Source of the DNA: a virus | Lineage: Duplodnaviria > Caudoviricetes | Reading direction: 5' to 3' (one strand) | Length of the DNA: 64,000 bases | IMG/VR virus record: IMGVR_UViG_3300043177_000122 | Location: 1 to 64,000 of that record | In this document: in pieces, positions 8,907 through 19,895 of the stretch | Numbering within the stretch: the first letter of the stretch is position 1 | How the letters are laid out: each line of letters starts with the position of its first letter | Position numbers and translations under genes: made by a program | Notes under the pieces: model-generated | Told to the model about the DNA's origin: nothing | The model's input: only the letters and a program-made list of their open reading frames with translations | The model's database searches: none

Positions 8907-10949
8907 TTGAATAATCTCTTGTACTTCTTGGATAAATAGTTGGTTAAAGATATCCTGAGCCAATTGATCAGCGGTAGCTTCATCAATTTCATCAGGTTGT
9001 GTGCCCACTTCTTGTGCTATCTTATATAGAGTTTCTGCTTCCATTAACTTGGCAAGTAGTTCTAGTCTCTTAGAAATTGTAGCTTTAGTTTCTAGAGAAG
9101 GAGGGTCTTCTTGAAGCATATTCTTATAAATATATTCAATAAGAATTGGGTAAAACTTTACAGAAGTTAGATAGTGAGAACGGCCATATTTACTTCCTTT
9201 TTGTGGGAAGTATCTGACGAATATATTTAACATTCTTTGAAGTTGTGATGCCGCATCTCTAAGAGCAGTTTTTTCAGCTTCGCTGATATTCCAAGCTCCG
9301 GAAGAATCTTGTTGTTTTTGTATGTTATACAAAAACTCTTCTACTCTTTTAAAGTGTGGAGCTAATCTAAGAGCCCATAGATATCCTCTCAGATTCTCTG
9401 ATCTCAAAAGCGTTTGTTTAATTGCTTCTTTTAAATCTTTGATGGCTTTGAATTTGTCAGGATTGTTTTTCTTTTTGATAGCCATAGATAGCGCATCAAC
9501 ATATGGAACTAAAATTGCTGCTTCAGCTTCAGAAAGTCCACTTTCTCCGCCACCTTTCTGTCCTGGTATTACTGGTCTAACAACATATTTTTTAGCATCA
9601 GAAGTAATTGTGTTGTTTAGTTCTCTAAACTTTTTTAATAAAGCTGGATAAGTTGCTGTATTAAAATCTACTTGTTTTTGATATCTACCACCACCCCTCA
9701 TAGGTTCAGCAGTAGGAACATAATCTCTACCTTCTAACGCAGCCTGTTGTTTTGTTCTTTGTCTATCATATTGGGCTTTAGTAAGCCTATCGGTAAACTG
9801 AGCTGCACCATTGATGGCTTCTTCCATCTTTTTAAATTGTTCAGGTGGTAGGTTTGGATCCGCAGTAAGAGTTGCAATGAGTCTGGCTCTTTCTTTAGCT
9901 TCTTTGCCATAACCATATTTGCCGGAAGTTCTTAGCTCTTGAAGCTTGAGTTTTTGTTCCAAAATTCTACGTTGTTGACTACTAATGCCCGGTTGGTTAA
10001 GTTCTTCTCTAAGCTTATCAGCTTCAATATTCTTATAGAATTTGTTTAGATTACGTTTGAGTAAGCGTCTTTCGCGCTCTAATCTTTTTAATTCTTCACG
10101 AATCTTAGCAAGGCGGGCTTCTTCTGGATGAGGAACTTCAGTTTCAACTTCAATCTGATTAGAGAGTTTGATAGCCTCTAATGTAAGTGCACTAAGTTTT
10201 CCTAATACATCAACTAATGTACGTAAATTAGCTTGAACTCTAGGATCTTTACGACCTGCACGGGCAGATGGGGTTAGTAATTCTGCTGGGCCATTTAAGT
10301 CGCGATCATATTTCTCGCGCTCATTAGCATAGATTGCTGCCCAGTCTTTATAGGAATGAGCTTTGCCAACACTATAACCTCTTCCAGTTCCACTCTGTGC
10401 AGCTTCGGGGCTAACACCTCCAGTCATATCAAACTGAGATACCCCGCCCTCTTCTTCGAAAGCTTTAGAGCCTCCTTCATAGCCTAATAGGCTAGCCTCA
10501 TAAGCAGAGACATTATCGTCTTCTCCTTCAGGCTCATCATAGCTATAAGGACTATCATCACCACGAGCTGCTGTAGCTGCTATTTGTAGCTCGCGCACAT
10601 CTCCTGGTGAATCAGGGCGTTGAGCACGACTTTTGATAGAATTACCAATTTGATTTAAAAGATTTTCAACTGGTTCAGACTCTTCCTCATCAGGATCAAT
10701 ATCCTCAATAATACTTGAAAGGGCCATATAAACAGTATGAAAACCGCCATTAATTTCGAGGGCTTTACCATACATAGCGGACAAGATTCTTAGGTTATAA
10801 GAAACTTCAGGATTAACTGCTTCTTTGGCGGCCTTGATTAGTTCGGTTAAAAGAGCCTTATCATCTGCTCCAAGAGAAACTAAACTATAGGTTTGTGCAA
10901 CCTTGAAAAATTCATCTATTCTTTTGATTAAGCTTGGCAAAAATGGCAT
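8901..10949 (-). CDS. large hypothetical protein, helical/coiled-coil
   Basis: 682-aa ORF; one of few minus-strand genes. Confidence 0.75.
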   Translation of the reverse strand: MPFLPSLIKRIDEFFKVAQTYSLVSLGADDKALLTELIKAAKEAVNPEVSYNLRILSAMYGKALEINGGFHTVYMALSSIIEDIDPDEEESEPVENLLNQIGNSIKSRAQRPDSPGDVRELQIAATAARGDDSPYSYDEPEGEDDNVSAYEASLLGYEGGSKAFEEEGGVSQFDMTGGVSPEAAQSGTGRGYSVGKAHSYKDWAAIYANEREKYDRDLNGPAELLTPSARAGRKDPRVQANLRTLVDVLGKLSALTLEAIKLSNQIEVETEVPHPEEARLAKIREELKRLERERRLLKRNLNKFYKNIEADKLREELNQPGISSQQRRILEQKLKLQELRTSGKYGYGKEAKERARLIATLTADPNLPPEQFKKMEEAINGAAQFTDRLTKAQYDRQRTKQQAALEGRDYVPTAEPMRGGGRYQKQVDFNTATYPALLKKFRELNNTITSDAKKYVVRPVIPGQKGGGESGLSEAEAAILVPYVDALSMAIKKKNNPDKFKAIKDLKEAIKQTLLRSENLRGYLWALRLAPHFKRVEEFLYNIQKQQDSSGAWNISEAEKTALRDAASQLQRMLNIFVRYFPQKGSKYGRSHYLTSVKFYPILIEYIYKNMLQEDPPSLETKATISKRLELLAKLMEAETLYKIAQEVGTQPDEIDEATADQLAQDIFNQLFIQEVQEIIQS

Positions 10950-10999
10950 GTAATCCCTATAAACTTTTGGATTTGTTGAACTGTTATATATACTTTAAT

Positions 11000-11638
11000 A
11001 TGACCTCATCTGGTAAACTAAAGGCTCCTTTCCCATTTTTCGGAGGCAAAAGTAAAGTGGCCCCTGTTTTTTGGAAAGGATTAGGAGAAGTTACCAACTA
11101 TGTGGAACCTTTTGATGGTTCACTTGCGGTATTGTTAAATAATCCTAAGCCGACCAAAATCTAAACAGTAAACGATATCGATTGTTTTATTACTAATTTT
11201 TGGAGGGCGGTTTCAAAAGAACCAGAAGCGGTCGCCAAATGGGACGACGAGCCAGTCCACGAGGCAGATTTACATGCCAGACATCGTTGGCTAATTTAAT
11301 CAGCAACGAATGAGTTTCGTCTCAAAATGAATACCGATCCTGATTACTATGATGTAAAAATTGCAGGATGGTGGGTATGGGGAATGGGTGTATCTATTCC
11401 TGGTAATTGGTTACAGCAACGTGGATTGAATGCAATGCCTATGTTATCTTCGGCTGGCGACAATCCCAGGATGATAGTTATTCTATGTGGCTATGAAGGT
11501 GACCACGGTATCCCTGATACTTGGCAAACTAATGGCGGGATGGCTAATCAAGCTGCTGGAAATAGTCGAGGCAAAGATAATAAAGCTTCTGAAAGAATCT
11601 GGTTTAGTCCTCATTGTTTGAAGATAGGGGATGAGTAA
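11000..11638 (+). pseudogene. DNA adenine methyltransferase (Dam/D12-like) pseudogene
   Basis: PFPFFGGKSK, YVEPFDGS, TVNDID; two in-frame TAA codons (11162 and ~11297); catalytic region appears deleted. Confidence 0.8.
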
Positions 11639-11909
11639 TGGAGGCGCAATGCCAAAAGTGAATATTAAAATTGATCAAGAGTTGTGGGATATGTTTAATG
11701 AACTACGTACAATTATCAAAGACAATCCCTATCTTCAAGATGAGATGAAAATCAAAATTCAAGGTTTGAAGAGAATGTATTTGCGATTGGTTTGGATAAC
11801 CTGAATAACCTAATAGGTTTTGCGAAAGCCTCGCTCATTGCAAAAGAAACTGGTAAGACTGTTGAGTTAAAAGCCGAATTAGGTGAAGATAATAGAATAA
11901 AAACTAAAA

Positions 11910-12470
11910 TCAAAGACAGCTCGAATTGATGTAAGCCTCACATATTTGTCGGAAAATGGTTTCACCAAACTCATTGAGTGCATAATTGACAGCTACACAA
12001 ACCAGTCTAACATTATCTGGCGTATATCCTTTAGAACAATCTATTCTATCTATAGATGGGGCCAATGGGCTTGCTTTACCATCAGTACGATTTTGCGGTA
12101 TTTGAAATTCTATTTTTGTAAGGGCACATTTTCCATTTTGTTGGTTCCATAATTCTTCTATGAATGAGGTTGATAGATCGAAAGGTATTTGTTTATTTTG
12201 CGCCCTTCTTTTAGCAGCGTGATGTAAATCTACAATTCTACCTTTAGTAGATTTATAATAATTGTATTGTGTTTCTCGAAATTTAGCGCGATTAGTTTTA
12301 CGCCATTCTTTATTCATTTTAGCCAGCTTTTTCTTGTGTGTCTCACGATATTTTTGATTATAAATCTTAGTGCATTCTTTGCACCAGCTACAAGCAGTTG
12401 GAACTTTGTCTGCACATAGATCACATCTATTCTCTTTAGAAATATCTGCTGAGGAAATGGATTGGTTCAA
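11910..12470 (-). CDS. HNH/Endo VII-like homing endonuclease
   Basis: CDLC/CSWC zinc motif; SIDRIDCSKGYTPDNVRLVC. Confidence 0.75.
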   Translation of the reverse strand: MNQSISSADISKENRCDLCADKVPTACSWCKECTKIYNQKYRETHKKKLAKMNKEWRKTNRAKFRETQYNYYKSTKGRIVDLHHAAKRRAQNKQIPFDLSTSFIEELWNQQNGKCALTKIEFQIPQNRTDGKASPLAPSIDRIDCSKGYTPDNVRLVCVAVNYALNEFGETIFRQICEAYINSSCL

Positions 12471-13219
12471 ATCTCAAGAAGGTATTGTTCACGGTGTAGA
12501 GGAAGATACTGAGAAAACTTATGTAGAAGTTTATACTGTTGGTGAATTAATGAAGGGTGATTTAGTTGATTGGTCTACCCTAGGACAAATTTTAAGTGTT
12601 ATTGGAACATATTATTAATGTTATCTACTATGTATTATCATAGTATATATGTATGTTCACTGATCTAAAACAAAAATTCTTGTTCAAGTGCGAAGATTGC
12701 GCAATGATTGTTTCCGTTGAAATTGAGGAAGAAGAAGAGATTAAAGAAATTCACGAGAACAAATTTGTTTTTGAATGCGTTTGCGGCGGCAAGAGTAAAA
12801 TATTACGTGATTAATGGAAGACTTAGTAAGCGCTCTATTGAAAGTTAGAGAGCATCTTTCTAATAAAGAAAGATGGGAAACCAATTGGGAAAATAATAAA
12901 ATTACTGGGTATACTAGTGGTTCATTAGGTGGCACTTTAGGAGGGTTGTGGAACTCAAATAATAATGCTAACTATGTAGCAGCCCATCGTTGTGTTGCAA
13001 TGGCAATCAAATAATTGTTTGGTCCTTTACAAATGAGTCGTCCTATTACTTTTTTAAACGAAGGTAATCCAGTTTCTGATACAGAGTTCTCAATCATTCA
13101 TGCTTTTGAAGAACGAAAATGTCATGAAGATATGATGCAGGTACTTGATCTAGCAATCAGATACGCAAAAGTCTATATATTTTCTTAATCAATTCTACTA
13201 ATACCGATATATAAGTCTT

Positions 13220-13291
13220 ATCGAAAGAGGGAATTTCGATTTGGGCTAACGTCCGTTATTTCAGAAAATTATCTCCGTCCTTGACGCCGAT
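13220..13291 (+). ncRNA. candidate short Y-like RNA immediately upstream of rsr
   Basis: ATCGAAAG 5' end resembles the GNCGAAN(0-1)G motif; ATCG/CGAT and GAGGGAAT/ATTATCTC pairing; adjacent to the Ro60 gene. Confidence 0.35.
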
Positions 13292-13309
13292 TGTGCAATT
13301 ATTTACAAT
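13281..13309 (+). promoter_or_regulatory. sigma70-like promoter for rsr
   Basis: TTGACG-17 nt-TACAAT. Confidence 0.65.
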
Positions 13310-13382
13310 GCGCAACCCGACGACAAAGGCATAAGTGTCGTTTCAATTTGTTGGGACTATTTCTCAAATAAGGAGTATTATC

Positions 13383-14960
13383 ATGTCAAACAAGAATCTA
13401 TTTTCTAACAAGAAGAAGTCCACGGTATCCATTTCTCCAAAAGTAACTCTCAAACCAAACACGGTTAATGAGGCAGGAGGGGCTGCATATAAGCTATCCG
13501 ATAAAGCAGCTTTAGCACAATATGCTATGACTGGTACCTTTAGTGGTACATACTATACTTCCGATAAGGATCAACTTAAGCGCACGCTAGAATTGGCTAA
13601 TAAAGTAGAGCCGGAATTCGTAGCCAAACTGGCCGTATATGCACGCCAGAAGGGTTTAATGAAAGATATGCCTGCTGTTCTTGCGGCCGTGGTTGCAGGA
13701 AAAGATACCGATCTTTTGGCAAAGATTTTCGACCGTGTTGTCGATAATCCAAAAATGCTACGTAACTTCGTTCAGGTCATTCGATCTGGGGCAACTGGTC
13801 GTAAGTCTTTGGGTACTCGTCCAAAGAAATTAGTCCAGAAGTATCTGGAAAAGTTAACTGATGAACAGTTGTTCAAGGCTGATGTTGGTAACGATCCGTC
13901 GTTGCAGGACATCATCAAGTTGGTCCACCCAAAGCCAACCAACAAGCAGCGCTCTGCATTGTATGGCTACTTGCTAGACAAAGAATACAATCAGAAGGAT
14001 CTAGTTCCTTTAGCTAAAGAATACGAAGCATTCAAGAAGAACATGAAGGGAGAGATTCCAGATGTTCCATTCCAGATGCTTACAGCATTACCACTAAAAG
14101 AGGAACACTGGAGGCAGATTGCTGAGAATGCAACCTGGAATCAGGTACGTATGAACCTCAATACGTTTGCCCGCCACAACGTCTTGTCTGACAAGAATAT
14201 GGTCGAAGCTTTGGCAACAAAGCTTTCTGATCCAGAATTGATCAAGAAGTCCAAAACGTTTCCATACCAGTTGTTCACTACTTACCAGAACGTGGATTCC
14301 ACGATTCCGGTTAGACTAACAAACGCATTGCAAGATGCGGCTGATATTTCTCTGGAAAACATTCCAGAGATTAAGGGAAAGGTCTACGTCATGGTAGACA
14401 CCTCAGGTTCTATGAGTAGCGCTATCACGGGCAACCGCGGTTCTGTTACTACCAAGACTCGTTGTATCGATGTGGCAGCACTAGTTGCAGCAGCAATTTT
14501 GCGTAAGAATCCAGATACGGAAATCATTCCATTCGACACTTCTGTACATGTTGGTCACCGATTCAATCCACGTGATTCAATTATGACCAATGCAAAGACT
14601 CTGGCTTCATTCGGTGGTGGTGGTACCAACTGCTCTTCTGCTTTGGAGTATGTCAATTGTAAGGCTGGCAAGGGAGACCTTGTCATCTATGTGTCTGACA
14701 ACGAAAGTTTTATGGATGCCCAGCATTATAGGCAGACTGCCACAATGAAAGAGTGGGATCTTTTTAAAAAGAGAAACCCAAATGCCAAATTAGTGAACAT
14801 CGACATTCAACCATATTCTACTACCCAAACCCACGAAAGAAGTGATATTTTGAATATTGGAGGCTTCAATGACTCCATCTTTGAGGTTATTGCTAAATTT
14901 GTAGAGTTTGGCAATGATAAAGAACTATGGGTGAAAACCATCGAAGAAGTGCAGATTTAA
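13383..14960 (+). CDS. rsr: Ro60/Rsr RNA-binding protein (TROVE + vWA)
   Basis: NEAGGAAY, LAVYARQKGLMKDMP, MLRNFVQVIRSG, RMNLNTF TROVE motifs; MIDAS DTSGSM, GGGTNC, SDNES; AAGGAG RBS before ATG 13383. Confidence 0.95.
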   Translation: MSNKNLFSNKKKSTVSISPKVTLKPNTVNEAGGAAYKLSDKAALAQYAMTGTFSGTYYTSDKDQLKRTLELANKVEPEFVAKLAVYARQKGLMKDMPAVLAAVVAGKDTDLLAKIFDRVVDNPKMLRNFVQVIRSGATGRKSLGTRPKKLVQKYLEKLTDEQLFKADVGNDPSLQDIIKLVHPKPTNKQRSALYGYLLDKEYNQKDLVPLAKEYEAFKKNMKGEIPDVPFQMLTALPLKEEHWRQIAENATWNQVRMNLNTFARHNVLSDKNMVEALATKLSDPELIKKSKTFPYQLFTTYQNVDSTIPVRLTNALQDAADISLENIPEIKGKVYVMVDTSGSMSSAITGNRGSVTTKTRCIDVAALVAAAILRKNPDTEIIPFDTSVHVGHRFNPRDSIMTNAKTLASFGGGGTNCSSALEYVNCKAGKGDLVIYVSDNESFMDAQHYRQTATMKEWDLFKKRNPNAKLVNIDIQPYSTTQTHERSDILNIGGFNDSIFEVIAKFVEFGNDKELWVKTIEEVQI

Positions 14961-14995
14961 GCCAGAATACGGGTGTTTTCTGATATATACATAGT

Positions 14996-15721
14996 ATGTC
15001 GCTAAACACCCGTATTTGTTCAACTTGTGGTCTTCCTAAGGCTTCAGATCGTTTTCAAAAACGCTCGTATACCACGAAAGCTGGTGAGATAAAATTCTGT
15101 TACTTGTCAAGGTGTATGGATTGAAAAAACACCAAAGCTAGGGCAACTAATCCCGATACTAGGGAAAAGAGAAAGAAGACCAGAGCCACTTATTATTTAA
15201 ACAATAAGGTAAATATTCGAGCTAAAGGAAATCTCTACTATCAAGAAAATAAAGAAAGTGTTCTTACCGCTCAAGCAGAATATCGAGCTGCCAACAAAGA
15301 TAAAGTAAGAGAAAGTAAAAGGCGCTCAGAGAAAAAGAGAGAGGCTAACGATCCATCTTTCAAATTAAGGAAAAGAATATCCGCTCAAGTAAGAGATCAT
15401 TTAAGGCGTTTTGGTTCCTCTAAACAAGGAAACTCAATTTTAGATTTCTTAAATTATACGATTGATGAGTTGCGCAATCACCTTGAAAAACAATTTGAGC
15501 CATGGATGAATTGGAATAACTACGGTATTTATAACTCTAAAACATGGGATAATGACGACCCGGCAACTTGGAATTGGAGTATAGATCATATCGTTCCGCA
15601 ATATAGACTACCATACCAATCCATGGATGAAGAGAATTTTAAGAAGTGTTGGGCGTTGAAAAATCTACGACCTATGAATGCAAAACAGAATCTATTAGAT
15701 GGTGTTAATAATAATAGGTAA
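14996..15721 (+). pseudogene. HNH-type homing endonuclease, frameshifted near 15110
   Basis: CSTC at the N-terminus; WMNWNNYG, WSIDHIVP, CWALKNLRPM in ORF 15470..15721. Confidence 0.7.
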
Positions 15722-15724
15722 AAT

Positions 15725-15985
15725 ATGATACTATATCTTTCTACTGGTGCTCGCCTCGAAATTCAAAATGACAAACCAATTGGCATTGGTTTTATAACAC
15801 AAAAACCTACCAAAAAACTATGGCTGGAGTCTAAAAAAGAAGTGGAGAGTTTGTTGGGATATATGATTGTAGAATGGGGCGCCTTTGTAAATCCCTCTAC
15901 TAAAATGTTTTGGACAGAAATTGGAGATAGTAGAACTTGCTCATCAGGAAGTCCTCGTTTGGAAACATATCTTGAACAAGATTAG
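15725..15985 (+). CDS. hypothetical protein
   Basis: ORF track. Confidence 0.5.
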   Translation: MILYLSTGARLEIQNDKPIGIGFITQKPTKKLWLESKKEVESLLGYMIVEWGAFVNPSTKMFWTEIGDSRTCSSGSPRLETYLEQD

Positions 15986-15994
15986 GTAATAAAT

Positions 15995-16288
15995 ATGCTA
16001 AAAATAAAACTATCTGATGTAAAGATATCTGAAAAGTTTGATTCAGAGGGAGAAGAAATTTTACTCAAGTTAAAAGCTTTATCTGAAGACTATATGTCCG
16101 CTAGTATTGGTATGGGTGATTATACAAAGTTTTGTTTTACCGGCTCTCCAAAGGTAGATTTTCAAGCCCCATCTGATAAAGATATAATTCATGCTGGTCT
16201 TTATGGAAAAATTAACGGAATGAAAATTTATGTTGGAAGGGGATCAGAAGATGGTTTTGTTTTAGTTGAGCGAAAAATGTTTAACTAG
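15995..16288 (+). CDS. hypothetical protein
   Basis: ORF track. Confidence 0.55.
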   Translation: MLKIKLSDVKISEKFDSEGEEILLKLKALSEDYMSASIGMGDYTKFCFTGSPKVDFQAPSDKDIIHAGLYGKINGMKIYVGRGSEDGFVLVERKMFN

Positions 16289-16308
16289 CAATAATTTCAT
16301 ATAGTTAT

Positions 16309-17127
16309 ATGCTTATCTACAAGATAGAGCTTTTTGATGGTAGGATGTATATTGGGCAGACGACCACTTCTTTAATGAAGAGGGTTCAAGCTTATAAAAG
16401 AGATGTTAGTACGTATTTGAATGGTAAGTATAAGCATCGTTCGAAAATTATTCGAGCACTCGCCAAATATGGATTTGATAATTTTAGAATCTATCAAATA
16501 GACTCCGCTTCTTCGCAAGAAGAATTAGATCGTAAGGAACAGTTTTGGATTTCAGTATATAATTCAACTGTTCAAGGTATTGGGTTTAACATTCAGTTAG
16601 GTGGGTTCGGTGTTGGGAAACATTCTGACGAAACCAAAAAGATAATGTCAGAAAAGAAAAAAGGCAAGCCGCCTCCAAACAAAGGAAAACCAGGACCGCG
16701 TGGGGAAAATGTTGGCAATGCATCTTTTACTCAAGAGCAAGCCGATCAAATCAGAGAAGAGTATAAAATAGTTAAGTCTTCTGTTAAGTTAGCGCAAAAA
16801 TATTGTGTAGCAAAACAAACTATACTTTCCATTTTAAATGGAAAGACTTATAATTCTGATGGTGGTAGTGTAGTAATTCATTCAAAACCTTGGTTCGTAT
16901 ATATAATTCAATCTCAAAAAGATGGAACGCTATACACAGGTATTACATTAGATGTAGAAGCGAGATTACAAACTCATAACGAGGGCCGTGGGGCACGATA
17001 TACTCGTGGTCGCACGCCATTTGCCCTTGTTAAGTATTTCACCCGCTATACTAAGGGTGAAGCTTTGAAATTAGAATATCAAATCAAACAACTTTCAAGA
17101 GAAGAGAAGTTGAACTTCAATGTCTAG
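16309..17127 (+). CDS. protein with two GIY-YIG domains (homing type + YhbQ/Slx1 type)
   Basis: IYKIE...YIGQT and HSDETKKIMS NUMOD3 at the N-terminus; VYIIQ...YTGIT...RLQTHN...ARYTRGR...EYQIKQL at the C-terminus. Confidence 0.85.
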   Translation: MLIYKIELFDGRMYIGQTTTSLMKRVQAYKRDVSTYLNGKYKHRSKIIRALAKYGFDNFRIYQIDSASSQEELDRKEQFWISVYNSTVQGIGFNIQLGGFGVGKHSDETKKIMSEKKKGKPPPNKGKPGPRGENVGNASFTQEQADQIREEYKIVKSSVKLAQKYCVAKQTILSILNGKTYNSDGGSVVIHSKPWFVYIIQSQKDGTLYTGITLDVEARLQTHNEGRGARYTRGRTPFALVKYFTRYTKGEALKLEYQIKQLSREEKLNFNV

Positions 17128-17668
17128 ACGAGGTGGAAGAAAAGATTTTAGTCCTCAATTCGAAAGAGACTATACTTTTTATCTGTCTAATAAAGGCAAT
17201 TTTACTTTTGCAGGTTCAAATACAAAAAAAGATTATGGTATTCAGTTTCCGGGCGAACCGGAACAACCTGATAATCCATTTAGGATCCTTTACTCTCCAA
17301 ATGGTAAAAGCGCAAAAGAATGCTTTCACCAATTAGATAGCACTGGTAAATGTAAATCCTGTGCTGAACCACAGCTCCTTGCTGAAATTCTAAACTGCAA
17401 AGCCGCAATCAATTTACAAATTAAGATTTGGGCACAAAGTAGAGCAGAGTGGACTTTATCTAAAATTGAGTTACAAGAGTATTTGGAAGAATATAAAGCT
17501 CCAGAGTGGGTGCCAAAAGCGATTGAGAATCAAAAGCTTAGAATCCTAAAAGAATGGGCCTCTGAAAAGAAGTATGAACAGGATCTTTATAAGAAAACGT
17601 TTGAACTTCATTTGGGAGAGCTTTTGGAAGAGCAGAGTAGTTCCGGTGTTATATTAGATCACAAATGA
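17120..17668 (+). CDS. hypothetical protein
   Basis: ORF overlapping the upstream gene. Confidence 0.6.
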   Translation: MSRRGGRKDFSPQFERDYTFYLSNKGNFTFAGSNTKKDYGIQFPGEPEQPDNPFRILYSPNGKSAKECFHQLDSTGKCKSCAEPQLLAEILNCKAAINLQIKIWAQSRAEWTLSKIELQEYLEEYKAPEWVPKAIENQKLRILKEWASEKKYEQDLYKKTFELHLGELLEEQSSSGVILDHK

Positions 17669-17690
17669 TCAAGCACTGATAGGAATACTA

Positions 17691-18407
17691 ATGACCAAAG
17701 AAAATTTTACCTCTATTAACGTAATCATTGACGCCTCCGGCTCAATGGCTCACCTCTCTCATGACACCATGGGTAATTTCAATTCCTTCCTTAAGGAACA
17801 GAAAGAGTTTCCAGGTGAAGCAGTATTCACGCTTTGCACTTTTAACACTGATTATCACCTTACTCATGATTTTGTAAAGATTGCCAGTGTTCCTGATTTA
17901 GATTCAAAGTCTTATGTGCCACAAGGTGGAACAGCTTTGTTAGATGCTGTAGGAACTACTATTGATTCTGTTGGCAGAAAGCTAGCGGCTCTTCCAGAAG
18001 AAGAAAGACCATCAAAGGTTATTTTCCTCATTATAACTGATGGCCATGAGAACTCTAGCCGCCGATACTCTGCTGAGCAAATTAAGAGTATGGTTGAACA
18101 TCAGAAGAATGTTTATTCTTGGGAGTTCGTTTTCATGGGCGCCAATATTGATGCCATTGCTACTGGTACTAACCTTGGTATTTCCATGCAAAACACTCTT
18201 AATTATGATGCTACCTCTGTTGGTACACAAGAATTGTATAAGAGTATTAGTTCCAATATGAATGCTTATCGCTCATCTACTTCTTCAAGAGCTGATTTCT
18301 TTAATCAAACTCAACAAGGAATTGGTGGATCTTTAACTCCACAAACTACTGTAGTTACTACTACCACCACCACAACTGGCGGAAGCACTGGTCTTAAGGG
18401 TAAGTAA
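17691..18407 (+). CDS. von Willebrand factor A domain protein
   Basis: IIDASGSM MIDAS, GGTALLDA, IITDGHEN. Confidence 0.85.
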   Translation: MTKENFTSINVIIDASGSMAHLSHDTMGNFNSFLKEQKEFPGEAVFTLCTFNTDYHLTHDFVKIASVPDLDSKSYVPQGGTALLDAVGTTIDSVGRKLAALPEEERPSKVIFLIITDGHENSSRRYSAEQIKSMVEHQKNVYSWEFVFMGANIDAIATGTNLGISMQNTLNYDATSVGTQELYKSISSNMNAYRSSTSSRADFFNQTQQGIGGSLTPQTTVVTTTTTTTGGSTGLKGK

Positions 18408-19174
18408 TGGAAAAATGGCATGACCCTACTTTACCTTTAGGTAAAAGATGCGTAGAGTTCGCAAAAAATGAAATGGCTAATGGTGTAGCTGAGGACAAAC
18501 CTAATTCGTTTACCTCTCCTCGCATTAGAGAATATTTCAGCATTTGTACTCGTTTAATTAATGGTAAAGAAACGCCAATTGGTAAAACCTTTAAAGCAGG
18601 TAATTGGTGTTCGGCGGGCGTGTCATTTGTTTTATCTAATTCATTTTTAGAACAAGACGGTTCCCTTCCGCATGGTTACAGATTGGGTGTCATTGAAGTA
18701 ATGTCTGACATGCAAAAGAAGGGAACCTATCGTTCTATTGATCAAGTAAGAAAAGGTCTCTATAAAATTAAAGTTGGAGATCCTGTCTTTTTTGATCGTA
18801 GCAATCCAAATAATTCGGCTTCTTCTTGGTGGCGACATATTGGATTTGTTTATTCTATTGGGACTGGTGGTAAATTTGTTTGTATTAGTGGTAACAATGG
18901 TGGCAAATGGCGCTTAAGTAATCACGATATAAATCAGGCATCACTACTTGGATTTGGTGATTATCCTAATGTTAAGGTAGCAGAGACTTCAGAAGTAGTT
19001 GTTACAACGACCGAGATAGTTACAACACCTTCTTTTGATCCAGTTGTAGATGCAAGCGATGTAGATACTAACACTCTAGCACCACCACATGATACTGGAA
19101 AGGGTTTAGGGAAATCTAACATTCTAATAGAATTGCTAAATACAATTATACGTCTTTTTACCAAAGGCAAATAA
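18407..19174 (+). CDS. CHAP/NlpC-P60-like cysteine amidase
   Basis: NWCSAGVSF catalytic Cys, HIGFV His, ISGNN. Confidence 0.7.
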   Translation: MEKWHDPTLPLGKRCVEFAKNEMANGVAEDKPNSFTSPRIREYFSICTRLINGKETPIGKTFKAGNWCSAGVSFVLSNSFLEQDGSLPHGYRLGVIEVMSDMQKKGTYRSIDQVRKGLYKIKVGDPVFFDRSNPNNSASSWWRHIGFVYSIGTGGKFVCISGNNGGKWRLSNHDINQASLLGFGDYPNVKVAETSEVVVTTTEIVTTPSFDPVVDASDVDTNTLAPPHDTGKGLGKSNILIELLNTIIRLFTKGK

Positions 19175-19298
19175 TATGTGTGCTGTTTCAGTTATTTATG
19201 ATATGTTTGGTAAACAACTCATCCAAAGCTAACAGAATGAAACAAGAGAACACATTAGAAACTCTTGAAAAGATTATTACATACATCAAGGAAAGATT

Positions 19299-19820
19299 AT
19301 GAGCGTCATCGGAATATACCCAGGCACTTTTGATCCTATTACAAACGGTCATTTAGATATAATTAAACGAACCATGCAATTTGCCAAAGAACTAGTAATT
19401 GTTGTTGGTATTAATTCAAATAAGAAAACTCTTTTTTCAGAAGTAGAAAGAGTAGATTTAATTAATAAGACAATTGATTCTAGGATTGATTTTTTAACTG
19501 GTACCAATATCAAAGTAATGTCTTACCAAGGGCTAATTGTGCAGTTAGCACAAGAGCTTGGCGCCTCGGTAATCGTAAGAGGTATTAGATCTGTTTCTGA
19601 TTTTGAATATGAAATCAATCTAGCCAATGTAAATAAAACTCTGGCACCTGGTATTGAAACTGTATTCCTTCCTACCCGGCCCGAGTTGGCTGTCGTATCC
19701 TCTTCGATGGTAAAAGAAATTGCTAAATTTAGTAGAGACATCAAACAGTATGTGCCAGAACATGTTGCACAAGCAATAAATAATAAATTCGGTTTTGTGA
19801 AACATGGAGATGAAAAATAA
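19299..19820 (+). CDS. coaD: phosphopantetheine adenylyltransferase
   Basis: YPGTFDPITNGHLDII, RGIRSVSDFEYE, VSSSMVKEIA. Confidence 0.93.
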   Translation: MSVIGIYPGTFDPITNGHLDIIKRTMQFAKELVIVVGINSNKKTLFSEVERVDLINKTIDSRIDFLTGTNIKVMSYQGLIVQLAQELGASVIVRGIRSVSDFEYEINLANVNKTLAPGIETVFLPTRPELAVVSSSMVKEIAKFSRDIKQYVPEHVAQAINNKFGFVKHGDEK

Positions 19821-19834
19821 AAATTAGCGGCCGC

Positions 19835-19862
19835 TTGACGGCTTAATTTTTAGGACTACAAT
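19835..19862 (+). promoter_or_regulatory. sigma70-like promoter
   Basis: TTGACG-16 nt-TACAAT. Confidence 0.5.
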
Positions 19863-19895
19863 GTTCGTTACTTCAAAACTTCAAACGAAGAACTT

